A stretch of DNA of 64,000 bases from an uncultured Alphaproteobacteria bacterium (GTDB lineage: Bacteria > Pseudomonadota > Alphaproteobacteria > Micropepsales > Micropepsaceae): contig CAWEXK010000014.1 in assembly GCA_963812975.1 (NCBI GenBank), positions 96,310-160,309 of the forward strand, read 5' to 3'. Made by a program: the position numbers and the translations under genes. The notes beneath the pieces were generated by a model. The model searched no databases. It worked only from the letters and a program-made list of their open reading frames with translations, and was not told where the DNA came from. Positions within the stretch are counted from its first letter, which is position 1. Every line of letters begins with the position of its first letter. Shown here one piece after another: positions 36,840-49,971 of the stretch.

Positions 36840-36865
36840 AACGTGGCCCTCCGCAAAGCGTTTCC
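36840..36865 (-). promoter_or_regulatory. EcfG/SigT-like promoter upstream of the DUF1236 gene
   Basis: (G)GAAAC-N16-CGTT on the minus strand, about 50 nt upstream of the ATG; one mismatch to GGAAC. Confidence 0.45.
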
Positions 36866-36974
36866 GTGTCGCAGAAATGCCGCAATGTGACGCCGGGCGC
36901 AGCCTCTACCCGATTGCTGAAGCCGTCATGCGCGGCGCAGTATGCAACCCGAAATTTCCCGGGAGCTTGCAGCC

Positions 36975-37818
36975 ATGAAGGTGGGCGCGGCGATTTTCTT
37001 TACCGACTATTCGATCGGACCGGTGGAACTCGCACGCGCGCTGGAAGAGCGGGGGTTCGAATCGCTGTGGGCGCCGGAGCACTCGCACATTCCTGCTTCG
37101 CGAAAGAACTCCCTATCCGGGCGGCGGCGAGCTGCCGAAGGAATACTACGACGTCATGGATCCGTTCGTCACGCTGACTGCCGCGGCTGCTGCAACGAAG
37201 AGCCTGAAGGTGGCGACCGGAATTTGTCTGGTGCAGCAGCGCGATCCGATCCAGACTGCGAAACTGGTCGCCTCGATCGACCAGGTCTCGGGTGGACGCT
37301 TTCTGTTCGGCATCGGCGGCGGCTGGAATCGGGACGAGATGGAAAACCACGGGACGGTCTTCGAGACCCGTTTCCAGCGCGTCCGCGAGAGCATCGAGGC
37401 GATGAAGGAGATCTGGACCAGGCCGCAAGCCGAGTATCACGGCGAGATCGTCAGGTTCGATCCGATCATGGCGTGGCCGAAGCCCGTGCAGAAGCCGTAT
37501 CCTCCGATCATCGTCGGCGGCGGATTTCCGCAAGGCGCGCGCAGGGCGGCCCGTTACGGCGACGGCTGGCTGCCCATCATTGGTGCCGGCGACCTGGCAA
37601 AAATCCTCCCCCAGTTCCGGGCGATGCTCGAGGAAATGGGGCGCGATCCCGCAACCGTGCCCATTTCCGCATGGAACGCCAAGCTGGAAAGCGACTCGAT
37701 CAAGCGCTTTGGCGAACTCGGCGTGGAGCGCGTGGTCACCACACTCCCGCCGGCCGGCCCCGAAAAGATTCTGCCGATCCTCGATCGCTGCGCCGAAGTG
37801 ATGCGGCAGGTGAAATGA
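36975..37818 (+). CDS. Luciferase-like (LLM) flavin/F420-dependent oxidoreductase, Rv2161c-like (frameshift near 37110)
   Basis: EERGFESLWAPEHSHIP, DPFVTL.AAAAAT, GIGGGWNRDE, PKPVQKP.PPI.VGG. Confidence 0.85.
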
Positions 37819-37862
37819 TGCGCACGCTTCAACCGCGCAATTCTTTCCTCCCCCATCGTGGG

Positions 37863-39043
37863 CAGGGCTATCGCATATTTGTAAGCATCTCGAGGAGGAA
37901 CTTTTCGTCCCAGCCGGCGCGTTTGAGTTTTGCGCGCATGGAGGTTTTGGCGGGGTGGGTTCGTGCCACGTTGAGGGCCAGACGCCGCAGGACGGCGAGG
38001 TTTTGCGGAGCGTGCTCTTTGCGGCTTCGAGCCTGGTCTTCGTCGAGGACGACGTCGAGCGTCCAGTGCAGGGTGTTCTCGATGCTCCAATGTTGGCGCA
38101 CGATGCTGAGAAGCTCTTCGGGTCTGTAATGGCGCGTCAGCAGGAAGTAGCGCTCGACTGTGCCATCGTCGCCGCGGCTGCTCTTGACTCTTGCCACAGC
38201 TGCAATCCCCGGGAAGTCGTGCGTTTTGGCCATTTCCCGGGCGGGAGCGACCATGGCGGTGCGCACCTCGCGGCGACCATGGCCGGCATCGGTCGTGGAG
38301 GCTTGCGAGGCTCTCCTGCTCTCCGCTTCCGCGATGGCCGCTTTGGCAGCCCGCACCAGACCCGGCTGATTGTCTTTCACCGCCAGCACATAGTCGCCGC
38401 CGCGCTCGACGATGGCCTGGGCCGTATCGCGACGGCAATGCAGCGCGTCCATCGTCACCACGCAGCCCGAGAGCTGAAGCAGCTCGATCAACTGCAAAGC
38501 GCCGGCTGCCTCGTTGTTGCCCGGAGAAAGAACATTGGCAAGCGCCAGACGCGTCTTCGCCGCCCATGCTGTCACCATCACAGGCGGCATGTGGCTTTTT
38601 CCCCGCTCGTAAGCCCTTCGCAGCGCCTTGCCGTCCAGCGCAATCACTCCCTCCACCTTGACCGATTCCGCAAAGGCCGCCGTAAAGCGCCGGAACGCCT
38701 TCTCCAGCGACTTCGGATCCAGCATGCGGAAGATACGGCTGAACGTGTCGTGGCTCGGAATGCCGTTCTTCAATTCCAGAAAAGTCCGCAGCAGTCCTTC
38801 CTTGGCGCGGCCGAACACCTCGATATCGGTGCAATACTTCGCGCCACAAACCATCGCCAGAAGCGCAACGACCAGCATCTCGCTCAGGTCGTGATCGCCA
38901 TCGCGCTTGCGAGGGTCCGCAATATCCGAAAAGCACTCCGTAAAGCGTTCCAAAGCAGTCTCCATCCGAATCAGGAGACACTTTCAGAATCAACTTTCCC
39001 CGCCAGAACAACATCCTGCCAGAATTTTCATGCGATTCCCCTG
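37863..39043 (-). mobile_element. Complete ISAs1-family insertion sequence (1181 bp) with a 10-bp target duplication
   Basis: Terminal IRs CAGGGCTATCGCAT and CAGGGGAATCGCAT; direct repeats CCATCGTGGG at 37853-37862 and 39044-39053. Confidence 0.93.
37868..38965 (-). CDS. ISAs1 family transposase
   Basis: DPR, GIPSHDTF, IALDGK.LR, TMDALHC, YVLAVKDNQ, HGRREVR, HWSIENTLHWTLDV. Confidence 0.96.
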   Translation of the reverse strand: METALERFTECFSDIADPRKRDGDHDLSEMLVVALLAMVCGAKYCTDIEVFGRAKEGLLRTFLELKNGIPSHDTFSRIFRMLDPKSLEKAFRRFTAAFAESVKVEGVIALDGKALRRAYERGKSHMPPVMVTAWAAKTRLALANVLSPGNNEAAGALQLIELLQLSGCVVTMDALHCRRDTAQAIVERGGDYVLAVKDNQPGLVRAAKAAIAEAESRRASQASTTDAGHGRREVRTAMVAPAREMAKTHDFPGIAAVARVKSSRGDDGTVERYFLLTRHYRPEELLSIVRQHWSIENTLHWTLDVVLDEDQARSRKEHAPQNLAVLRRLALNVARTHPAKTSMRAKLKRAGWDEKFLLEMLTNMR

Positions 39044-39157
39044 CCATCGTGGGGGAGGGGGTGCTGTTCGCGACTTTTCCCCCTCAGCCGATCTCGCCAG
39101 GAGGCTCGCTCGGCAGCTCCTCCATGTTGGGGGAGCAAAGCCGAGCGCGGGTGAGGG

Positions 39158-40648
39158 TCAGCCGAAGGTGATGTAGGTCGCTTTCAGCTGCGTGTATTTG
39201 TCGAATGCGTGTAGCGACTTGTCGCGTCCGAAGCCGGATTGCTTGTAGCCGCCGAACGGCATTTCGATACCGCCACCGTCGACATTGTTGACGTTGACGG
39301 TGCCGGCGCGCAATGCACGCGCCACCTTGTGCGCCTTGGAGAGATCGTTGGTCCACAAGCTGGCCTGCAGGCCATAGATCGAGTCGTTGGCGATCTTCAC
39401 TGCCTCGTCGGTGTCCTTGAAAGTGAGGGTAGCGAGCACCGGCCCAAAGATTTCCTCGCGGGCGATCGTCATGTCGTTGGCCACGCCGTCGAATATGGTC
39501 GGCTCGATATAGTAGCCACCGCTGTCGCCGCGCACCTGCTTGCCGCCGACGGCGAGCGACGCGCCGTCCTTTTTACCCTTCTCGACATAGGACAGCACGC
39601 GGTCCATCTGCGTCTTGTCGACCATCGAGCCCATCATGGTTGCGGTGTCCAGTGGATCACCCGGCTGGAAGATGTTCGCCATTGCCTTCACCTTCTCGAT
39701 GAACTGGTCGTGAATTTTTTCTTCGACGAGAAGCCGCGAGGCGGCGACGCAGACCTGTCCGGAATTGAAGAAGATGCCGGCGGCGGCCCCCTGCGCCGCT
39801 GCGTCGAGATTGGCGGTATCGGCGAAGACGATGTTGGGCGTCTTGCCGCCGCATTCGAGGCTCACGATCTTCATGTTCGATTCGCCGGAGTATTTCAGGA
39901 AGAACTTTCCGACCTCCGTCGAGCCGGTGAACGCAACCGCGTCCACATCCATGTGGCGGCCGATCGCCTGGCCGGCCGTCTCGCCGAATCCGGGCACAAC
40001 GTTGAATACGCCTTCGGGGATGCCCGCTTCCGCTGCAAGCTCGGCGACGCGCAGCGCGGAAAGCGGCGATTGTTCGGCCGGTTTCAGGATGAGCGAGTTG
40101 CCCGCAGCGAGCGCGGGCCCGAATTTCCAGGCCGCCATCAACAGCGGAAAGTTCCAGGGAACCACCGCGGCCACGACGCCCAGCGGCTCGCGCGTAATCA
40201 TCCCGAGCGCATTTTTCGGCGTCGGCGCGATTTCGTCGTAGATCTTGTCGATCGCCTCCGCGTACCAGCGCACGGTTTCCACTACCGCATTGATGTCGAC
40301 GTTGCGCGCGAAGCCGACGGGTTTGCCCATGTCGAGCGTTTCGAGGAGCGCAAGCTCGTCGGCATGTTTCATGATCAGGTCGGCGAATTTCTGCAGCGTG
40401 CGCTTGCGCTGTTTGGGCGGCGCCTCCGACCACGCGCCCTTGCTGAACGCGGCCCGCGCCGCTTTCACCGCGCGGTCGACATCTTCCTTGTCGCATGCCG
40501 CCACCCGGGCGAGGAGCTTGCCGTCTATCGGCGAGATGTTTTCGAACGTCTCTCCGCTCGCCGCCGGGACATATTTGCCGCCGATGAAGGCCTGCGAACG
40601 GAAATCGAGACCTTTTGCCTGCCCGCGCCAATCGACTGCTGCCGCCAT
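39158..40648 (-). CDS. NAD-dependent aldehyde dehydrogenase (PuuC-like)
   Basis: VPWNFPL, LKPAEQSP, FTGSTEVG, LECGGK, FFNSGQVC, EEIFGPV, FGGYKQSGFGRDKS. Confidence 0.93.
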   Translation of the reverse strand: MAAAVDWRGQAKGLDFRSQAFIGGKYVPAASGETFENISPIDGKLLARVAACDKEDVDRAVKAARAAFSKGAWSEAPPKQRKRTLQKFADLIMKHADELALLETLDMGKPVGFARNVDINAVVETVRWYAEAIDKIYDEIAPTPKNALGMITREPLGVVAAVVPWNFPLLMAAWKFGPALAAGNSLILKPAEQSPLSALRVAELAAEAGIPEGVFNVVPGFGETAGQAIGRHMDVDAVAFTGSTEVGKFFLKYSGESNMKIVSLECGGKTPNIVFADTANLDAAAQGAAAGIFFNSGQVCVAASRLLVEEKIHDQFIEKVKAMANIFQPGDPLDTATMMGSMVDKTQMDRVLSYVEKGKKDGASLAVGGKQVRGDSGGYYIEPTIFDGVANDMTIAREEIFGPVLATLTFKDTDEAVKIANDSIYGLQASLWTNDLSKAHKVARALRAGTVNVNNVDGGGIEMPFGGYKQSGFGRDKSLHAFDKYTQLKATYITFG

Positions 40649-40718
40649 TGTCGTCTCTCCTGAAGGGTTCGTCCGCCGCAGTTTACGACCGGGGCCGCGG
40701 GAACTGAATGGAAATCTG

Positions 40719-40757
40719 AAAACAAAAAGCGCGCCGGGCCGGGGGGCCGGGCGCGCG
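40719..40757 (-). terminator. Rho-independent terminator of rpmG
   Basis: GC-rich stem-loop followed by TTTTTGTTTT on the minus strand. Confidence 0.65.
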
Positions 40758-40779
40758 CGGAACCGCTTCAAATGTCGAC

Positions 40780-40947
40780 CTATTTGATCTTGCCTTCCTT
40801 GAATTCCACGTGCTTGCGCAGGACCGGATCGTATTTCTTCATGGAGAACTTCTCGGTCATGGTGCGGGTGTTCTTCTTGGTGACATAGAAGAAGCCCGTG
40901 TCGCCGGAGCTGTTCAGGCGAATTTTCGCGGTCGTCGGCTTCGCCAT
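40780..40947 (-). CDS. rpmG: 50S ribosomal protein L33
   Basis: [45 protein letters not shown]. Confidence 0.96.
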   Translation of the reverse strand: MAKPTTAKIRLNSSGDTGFFYVTKKNTRTMTEKFSMKKYDPVLRKHVEFKEGKIK

Positions 40948-41051
40948 TCTGGCGCCCATGGTTGGAAAGCGCGGCCAAACTAGCCACGCGAGGCCCTTTG
41001 TCAAGCAGAGGCGCGCGGCCGATGCCGGCCGCCGTTGCGGCGGAGCCGCAT

Positions 41052-41078
41052 TCCTTACTATATTCGAGTTCGTAAGGA
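41052..41078. promoter_or_regulatory. Inverted repeat, probable toxin-antitoxin autoregulatory operator
   Basis: TCCTTAC-N13-GTAAGGA overlapping the antitoxin RBS. Confidence 0.55.
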
Positions 41079-41089
41079 GACCGGCCAAC

Positions 41090-41311
41090 ATGTCCATTGC
41101 CACGATGACCACCAAGGGCCAGACGACGATTCCCAAGGATATTCGCGACGGCCTAGGGCTGAAGCCGAAGGATCAGGTGCATTTCACGCTGCTTGCCGAC
41201 GGGACGGTGATCATGCGAGCCAAGAAGCGCAGCGTGAGCGAACTCTATGGCGCATTGCACAGGCGCGGGCGAAAACCGCTCAAGATCGCCGATATGAAGG
41301 GCTTGCGCTGA
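41090..41311 (+). CDS. AbrB/MazE/SpoVT family antitoxin
   Basis: [29 protein letters not shown]. Confidence 0.9.
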   Translation: MSIATMTTKGQTTIPKDIRDGLGLKPKDQVHFTLLADGTVIMRAKKRSVSELYGALHRRGRKPLKIADMKGLR

Positions 41312-41313
41312 CC

Positions 41314-41715
41314 GTGCGGGGTCTCGACACGAATGTGCTCGTCCGTTTTCTGTTGCGCGATGACCGGCGTCAGGCGAAGGCGGCGAAGATTGCGATCGTC
41401 AATGCGCTGGCGGCGGGGGAGCCTCTCCTTCTCAGTCTTCTGACACTGCTGGAAACGGAGTGGGTACTTCGTGCGCGCGCCCGGTTCGACAGGAACAGCA
41501 TCATCCGGATTTTCAGACAGCTGCTCGAATCCAGGGATTTGCTCTTCGAAAGCGAGGCCGCCGTGGAGCAGGCGCTATATCATTTCGAGGAAGGAAAGGC
41601 GGAATTTGCAGATTGTTTGATGATTGCGCAGTACCAGTACCTCGGCTGCGCAACGATGCTCACCTTCGACGCCGGAGCGGCCAAATTGCCCGGGGGCGAA
41701 CTGCTTTCTGTCTGA
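41314..41715 (+). CDS. vapC: VapC/PIN-domain toxin
   Basis: GTG start; GLDTNVLVRFL, ETEWVL, FADCL, LTFD. Confidence 0.88.
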   Translation: MRGLDTNVLVRFLLRDDRRQAKAAKIAIVNALAAGEPLLLSLLTLLETEWVLRARARFDRNSIIRIFRQLLESRDLLFESEAAVEQALYHFEEGKAEFADCLMIAQYQYLGCATMLTFDAGAAKLPGGELLSV

Positions 41716-41728
41716 TTGCAGTGCATGT

Positions 41729-43959
<2,231 letters not shown>

Positions 43960-43962
43960 GGA

Positions 43963-46621
43963 TTACTCGCTCCCCGCGGTCGCCAGCTTGCGCTTCGCCT
44001 TGCCGGCACCCTTCGCGATCGCCGCGCCGCCCTTCTTTCGCGAAGGCGCGGACGGAGTTGCGCGCGGCGCGGCGGCAGTCGCCTTCGATTTCACGCTTTT
44101 GGACCGGGCTTTCACCTTCGGAGGCTTGTTTCCGCCCTTCGCGGCGCGGTCGGCGATCAGCGCCAGCGCCTGATCCAGAGAGACCCTCAAGGGTTCGATA
44201 TCGCGCGGAACGGTCGCGTTGGTGCTGCCGTCGGTGACGTAAGGGCCATAGCGTCCGCGCATCAGCTTGATCACGGCTCCGCCGGGCGCAGCGCCCAGTT
44301 CCTTCAACGGTTCCGATCCGCGGAAGCTCTTCGATTTCGCCTTCTTCTCCGCAAGCAGCGAAACCGCGCGATTGATGCCCACGGTGAAGACATCCTCAGG
44401 CGAATCGAGAGAAGCGTACTGTCCCTGATGGGTGACATAGGGTCCGTAGCGACCGAAATTCGTCGTGATTGCTTCCCCTGTCTCGGGATGCTTTCCCACT
44501 TCGCGCGGCAAGGAGAGAATCTTGAGAGCGTACTCAAGATCGACGGTCGACGGAACCGTGTTCTTCGGGATGCTGCCGCGCGCCGGCTTCTCGCCCTCGC
44601 CCCGCTGCACGTAGTGGCCGAAACGCCCGCTGCGCAGAGTTACTGCCTCACCGGTTTCGGGGTCCACGCCAAGCTCGATCGGCTGGCCGCTGGCCGCTTC
44701 GCCCGCGCTCTGACCGAGCTGCCGCGTGTAGCGGCATTCCGGATAGTTCGAGCAGCCTATGAAGGCGCCGAAACGTCCCAGCTTCAGGCTAAGCCTCCCC
44801 GCGCCGCAGGTTGGACAGTTGCGCGGATCTTCGCCGCCCGGGCCGGCGGAAAAAATGTGCGGGCCCAGCACCTCGTCCAATTCGGTGATCACCGCGGAGA
44901 CGCGCAGCTCCTTGGCTTCGTCGATCGCGACTGAAAAATCCTTCCAGAACTCGCGCAGCAGCTGCTTCCAGGCGAGGGAGCCCGCCGAGACCTCGTCGAG
45001 TTTCTCCTCAAGGTCGGCCGTGAAGTCGTATTCGACGTATCGGCGGAAGAAGCTTTTGAGGAAGCTCGTAACGATGCGGCCTTTGTCCTCCGGCACGAAG
45101 CGCCCGCGCTCCATGCGCACATAGGCGCGGTCGCGCAGCACAGACAGGATCGACGCATAGGTGGACGGCCGGCCGATGCCCAGCTCTTCGAGCTTGCGCA
45201 CCAGACTTGCCTCGGAGTAGCGCGGCGGCGGCTCGGTAAAATGTTGCTCGGGGATGATCTTTTCGACGGTCAGGGCTTCGCCGCTGCCAAGCTTCGGCAG
45301 CTTCGAACCGTTTTCGTCGGTCTCGTCGTCCTTGCCCTCCTGATAGAGCGTGAGGAAACCGTCGAACAGCGTGACCGTGCCGGTGGCGCGCAGCGTGACC
45401 TTCCGGTCATCCGAGACAACATCGATCGTTGTGCGCTCGAGCTCAGCGCTCTCCATCTGGCTCGCCAACGCGCGTTTCCAGATGAGCTCATAAAGGCGGG
45501 CCTGGTCGCCATTCGAGCCTGCGCCCGATCTTTTCGGGCAGGCGCGCGAAGCTCGTCGGCCTGATCGCCTCGTGAGCTTCCTGCGCATTCTTGGCGCGGC
45601 TTGCATAGGCGCGCGGCACGCCCGGCACGTAACGGGCGCCGTAACTCTCGCCGATGAGGTGACGTGCCTCGCCGATGGCCTCGCCCGCCATCTGCACGCC
45701 GTCGGTTCGCATATAAGTAATGAGTTCGACCGTCTCGCCGCCGATGTCGACGCCCTCGTAGAGCTGCTGGGCGATCTGCATCGTGCGCTTGGCGGCGAAG
45801 CCCAGCTTGCGCGAGGCCTCCTGCTGCAGGGTGGAGGTGATGAACGGGCGGTGCGGGATGGCGCTTGACGGGCTTGGTCTCGATCTGCGCCAACCGCAAA
45901 CTGCCGCGCGTTGATCGCGTCGACCGCACGCTTGGCCTCGGCTTCGCTGCCCAGCGACAGCTTCTCGAGCTTCTTGCCGTCCAGATGGGTAAGTCGGGCG
46001 GTGAACGTGCCGGCCGGCGCGCGCAGGTCGGTATCGACCGTCCAGTATTCCTGCGCCCTGAACGCCTCGATCTCGGTTTCGCGCTCGCAGACGAGCCGCA
46101 GCGCGACCGACTGCACGCGCCCGGCCGAGCGGGCGCCCGGGAGCTTGCGCCACAGAACCGGCGACAGGGTGAAGCCGACCAGGTAATCGAAGCGCGCGGC
46201 GCGCAAGGTAGGAATTGACCAGTTCCTCGTTGATCTCGCGCGGATGGGCGATGGCGTCGAGCACGGCTGTGCGCGTGACCGCATTGAAGACCACGCGCTC
46301 GACATGGGCGTGGCCGAGTGCCCGTTTCTGCTTGAGGATCTCCAGGACATGCCAGGAGATCGCCTCTCCCTCGCGGTCAGGGTCGGTGGCGAGGATCAGC
46401 TTGTCCGCACCCTTCAGCGCATCCACGATTTCCTTGAGCCGCTTCTGGGAGCGGGGGTCCACCTCCCAGCTCATCGCGAAGTCCTGCTCGGGTTGCACCG
46501 AACCATCCTTCGCCGGCAGATCCCGGACGTGACCGAAGCTCGCAAGCACCCGATAGCCGGGGCCCAGATACTTGTTGATGGTCTTGGCCTTGGCCGGGGA
46601 CTCGACGACGAGAACGTTCAT
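43963..46621 (-). CDS. topA: DNA topoisomerase I (multiple frameshifts)
   Basis: [60 protein letters not shown] repeats. Confidence 0.95.
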
Positions 46622-46696
46622 GCTGAAAGGAATCTGCCTTCGAGAGAGGCCGGGCAGTCGGTTATTGCCGACCCGGGCGATGAATGGATTGGCCGC

Positions 46697-46725
46697 AAAT
46701 AGGGTGGGGGACTCCGCCCTGTCAA
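46697..46725 (-). promoter_or_regulatory. Putative sigma70 promoter of topA with a GANTC site in the spacer
   Basis: TTGACA-gggcgGAGTCccccaccc-TATTT on the minus strand. Confidence 0.4.
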
Positions 46726-46844
46726 TGCGCGCAAGGTCGGCGATAGCTACCTGTGGTTGAAATATATCACAACTCTGCCGTTTGTTCTATCTTTGCGTGT
46801 AATTGGGTGCGCCATACCGTCTGCCGGCGCGCTGAGCGCGGTGT

Positions 46845-47967
46845 TTATCCCACAGAAACCCGGTTCCCCGATTCGCGGTGGAGGCGCCCGGCGAGCTCGA
46901 GTTCAAGCAGGACCGACAGCACCAGAGGGCACGGGAACCCCGCATTGGCGAACGAGATCGTCGACGGCGATGGGCGCGGCACCCAGAAGCTCCTCGACCT
47001 GGGTGCGAATTGCGTCGGCGGGCACCTCGTCGCGTTCCACCGGCGGCCGCCAGTCACCCGCCTGGTCGCCCGGTTCGCAAAAGGCGCGACCGATCACGGG
47101 CCGCAATCCATCCAGCACGTCCTGCGCGCTTTCGGTCAGCGCCGCGCCGTCGCGGAGCAGGCGGTTGGTGCCCCTGGCGCGCGGATCGAGCGGCGAACCC
47201 GGCACCGCGAATACTTCGCGGCCCTGTTCGAGGGCGAAATTTGCCGTGATCAGCGAACCCGAGCCTTCGGCCGCTTCTACGACGACGACACCGCGCGCGA
47301 GCCCCGAGATGATGCGGTTGCGGCGTGGGAAATGTTGCGCCTGCGGTCTCTGGCCGACGGGCATTTCGGAAACAATCGCGCCTGCTTCGGCGATGCGTGC
47401 ATAGAGAGATGCGTTCTCCGGCGGATAGATATCGTCGATTCCGCCCGCGAGCACGGCGACAGTGCCGGTTGCAAGCGCGCCCTCGTGCGCCGCGGTGTCG
47501 ATGCCGCGAGCCATCCCCGAGACGACCATAAGGCCTGCGCCGCCGAGTCCTCGGGCCAGTTCCGCGGCGAATTTGCGCCCCAACGCGGAAGCGTTCCGGG
47601 CGCCCACGATCGCGACCATTTCGCGCGACAGAATTTCGGTGCGCCCCAACACCGAAATGACCGGCGGGGGCGCTTCCAGCGCGGCGAGCCCGGGGGGAAA
47701 CGGCGGCTCGATCGAAGCGATAAGATGCCCGCCCATGCGTTCGACCAAATCAAGTTCGCGCTGCGCATCATCCTCGCTGGGGATTCGCAGATCGCCGGCC
47801 GCTCCGCCACGACGCGCCAGGCGAGGCAATTCTCGAAGCGCCAGGGAAGCGGAGTCATAGCGCTCGATCAGCGCCGCGAATGTGACCGCGCCCACATTTT
47901 GCGCCCGCGCGAGCCGCAGCCACGCCCGCCGCTCGGAGTTTGAAAGAGTACGGACCGCGCCGGCCAT
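46845..47967 (-). CDS. dprA: DNA-processing protein DprA (frameshift near the 3' end)
   Basis: AIVGARNAS, VSGMARGIDTAAH, FPRRNRIISGL, EAAEGSGSLITA, LLELELAG. Confidence 0.94.
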
Positions 47968-48039
47968 CTACCAAAACTCCAAATGAATTTTGCGATAGCT
48001 GCCGATGCACATGTAAGGCTCGACAAGAATATCCATCGT

Positions 48040-48666
48040 CTAGGCCTTCGCATCGATGTGGGGTTCCCGGCCGCTCGCGATGCGGCGGATGTTTTCCCGG
48101 TGCAGCGCGACAATCGAGAGCGCGAGAACCAGCAACAGCATCGCGTCGAGCGGGGCGCCGTATAGCATCATATAGATCGGTGTCAGCGCGGCAGCGACGA
48201 GCGCCGAGAGAGACGAGATGCGCCATGCCGCGGCGATCGCGAGCCATGTCGCCAGCGCAAGCAGGCCGACGGGCCATGCGAGGGCGAGCGTGATGCCCAG
48301 GAACGTTGCAACCCCCTTGCCGCCGCGAAAGCCAAGCCACGGCGGAAATACATGACCGGCAAAGGCGCCCAAACCTGCAAAGACTGCGGCCACATCTCCG
48401 TGCAGGGAGCCGGCGAAGACAACCGCCAGCGCGCCCTTTCCGCCGTCACACACAAGTGTGGCGAGAGCCGCCCAGCGGTTGCCGGTTCGCAGCACGTTCG
48501 TCGCGCCGATATTGCCGGAGCCTATCCGGCGTATGTCGCCGGCGCCCGCGATCCACGAAAACAACAGGCCAAAGGGAATCGATCCGAAGAGATAACCGAG
48601 AACAGGCGCGGCCGCGAAGACAGGCGCGCGGCTGTACCAGTCAATTGCATTGAGCGTGTCAAACAT
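48040..48666 (-). CDS. plsY: Glycerol-3-phosphate acyltransferase PlsY
   Basis: YLFGSIPFG, GSGNIGATNVLR, FRGGKGVAT, HRENIRRI. Confidence 0.94.
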   Translation of the reverse strand: MFDTLNAIDWYSRAPVFAAAPVLGYLFGSIPFGLLFSWIAGAGDIRRIGSGNIGATNVLRTGNRWAALATLVCDGGKGALAVVFAGSLHGDVAAVFAGLGAFAGHVFPPWLGFRGGKGVATFLGITLALAWPVGLLALATWLAIAAAWRISSLSALVAAALTPIYMMLYGAPLDAMLLLVLALSIVALHRENIRRIASGREPHIDAKA

Positions 48667-49971
48667 CGACGTGCCGCGTTGCATCGCGACTGAACGCGCA
48701 TTTCCCGTCCACATAGGTTGCGTGAACGCGGCCTTCGAAAGTTCGCCCTTCGAACGGCGTGTTGCGCGCGCGCGAATGCAACGCGGCCGGATCGACGGCG
48801 AAGGGCTCGTCCGGATCGAAGATGACGAGATCGGCCGCGGCGCCGCGGACAAGCCGTCCACTCGCCAGTCCCAGAATGCGGGCAGGCGCCGCAGTCATCG
48901 TGCCCAGCACGTGGAGCAGGTCTGCGTGGCCATTGTGATGGAGCTGCAAGGCCGCGGGCAGCAGAGTTTCAAGGCCAACCGCGCCGAACGCCGCCTGCGC
49001 GAATGTTTGCCGTTTGGTGTCCGCGGCCTGCGGGTCGTGACTCGAAACGATGACATCGATCTCGCCCGCCGCGACGCCTTCGACCATCGCGGCGCGATCG
49101 GCCTCCGAACGAAGCGGCGGCTTCACCTTGCGAAAGGTGAGGTAGGGGCCAACGTCGAGTTCGTTAAGAGTCGAGATGGTGGACGGAAACGCCACAGGTG
49201 ATCGGCAAACCCCGCGCTTTCGCTGCGACGATGGCCTCCAGCGCCGCGCGCGTGGAAACCTGTCCGAAGTGATACCGCGCACCGGTCAGTTCGACCAGAC
49301 GGATGTCGCGCTCGACGATGATGGTCTCGGCCGCCGCGGGCGCCGCCGGAATTCCCAATCGCGTGGCGAACTCGCCTTCGTTCATCGCCGCTCCCGCCGA
49401 AAGCTCGGGATCCTCTGCGTGGCCCACCACGAGTGCTCCGAAAGTAGATGCATAGGCGAGCGCCCGGCGCATCACCCGCGCGCTCGCGATGGTGCGGTCT
49501 CCATCGGTGAAGGCGACGGCGCCGGCTTCCAGCAGAAGTCCGATCTCCGTCATCGTTTCGCCTGCAAGACGCCGCGACAGCGCGGCCATCGGCGACACAC
49601 GAACGCAAGCGGTGGCGGTGGCGCGGCGCCGTACGAAATCGACCAGCGAGGGCTCGTCGATCACGGGGTCCGTGTTGGGCATGACGACGATGTTTGTAAC
49701 CCCGCCGGCGGCCGCCGCGCGGCTGGCCGATTTCGAGCGTTTCGCGGTGCTCACTCCCGGGCTCGCCGGTGAAGACGCGCATGTCGATCAGGCCGGGCGC
49801 AAGCGCGCGGCCTCCGCAATCGATTTTTTCAGCGCTTTCGGGCGGCCCATCGTGAAAAAGGCGTGGCCCGAAATCGCCTATCCGTCCATCCACCACCAGA
49901 AGTGCGCCTGGCACATCCAGACCGCTCTCGGGGTCGAGCAACCGCGCATTCACAAAGGCAGAGTGCGTCAT
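48659..49971 (-). CDS. pyrC: Dihydroorotase (alphaproteobacterial PyrC/PyrC'-type; 2 frameshifts)
   Basis: [43 protein letters not shown]; adjacent to pyrB. Confidence 0.88.

Larger units (their letters stand above)
37843..39136. repeat. REP-like family A element interrupted by the ISAs1 insertion (halves 37843-37862 and 39044-39136)
   Basis: The reconstituted empty site aligns with the reverse complement of 4451-4549. Confidence 0.7.

Noticed and set aside
43963-44130. Lys/Ala-rich TopA tail as a separate histone-like gene
   Set aside because: In frame with topA and typical of alphaproteobacterial TopA C-termini.
46845-46854. DnaA-box-like TTATCCCACA
   Set aside because: Has an extra C and is just the last codons plus stop of dprA.
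48659-49971. PyrC lacking the HxH metal ligands (DMRVF) as a novelty
   Set aside because: This variant next to pyrB is common in Alphaproteobacteria (PyrC'-like).
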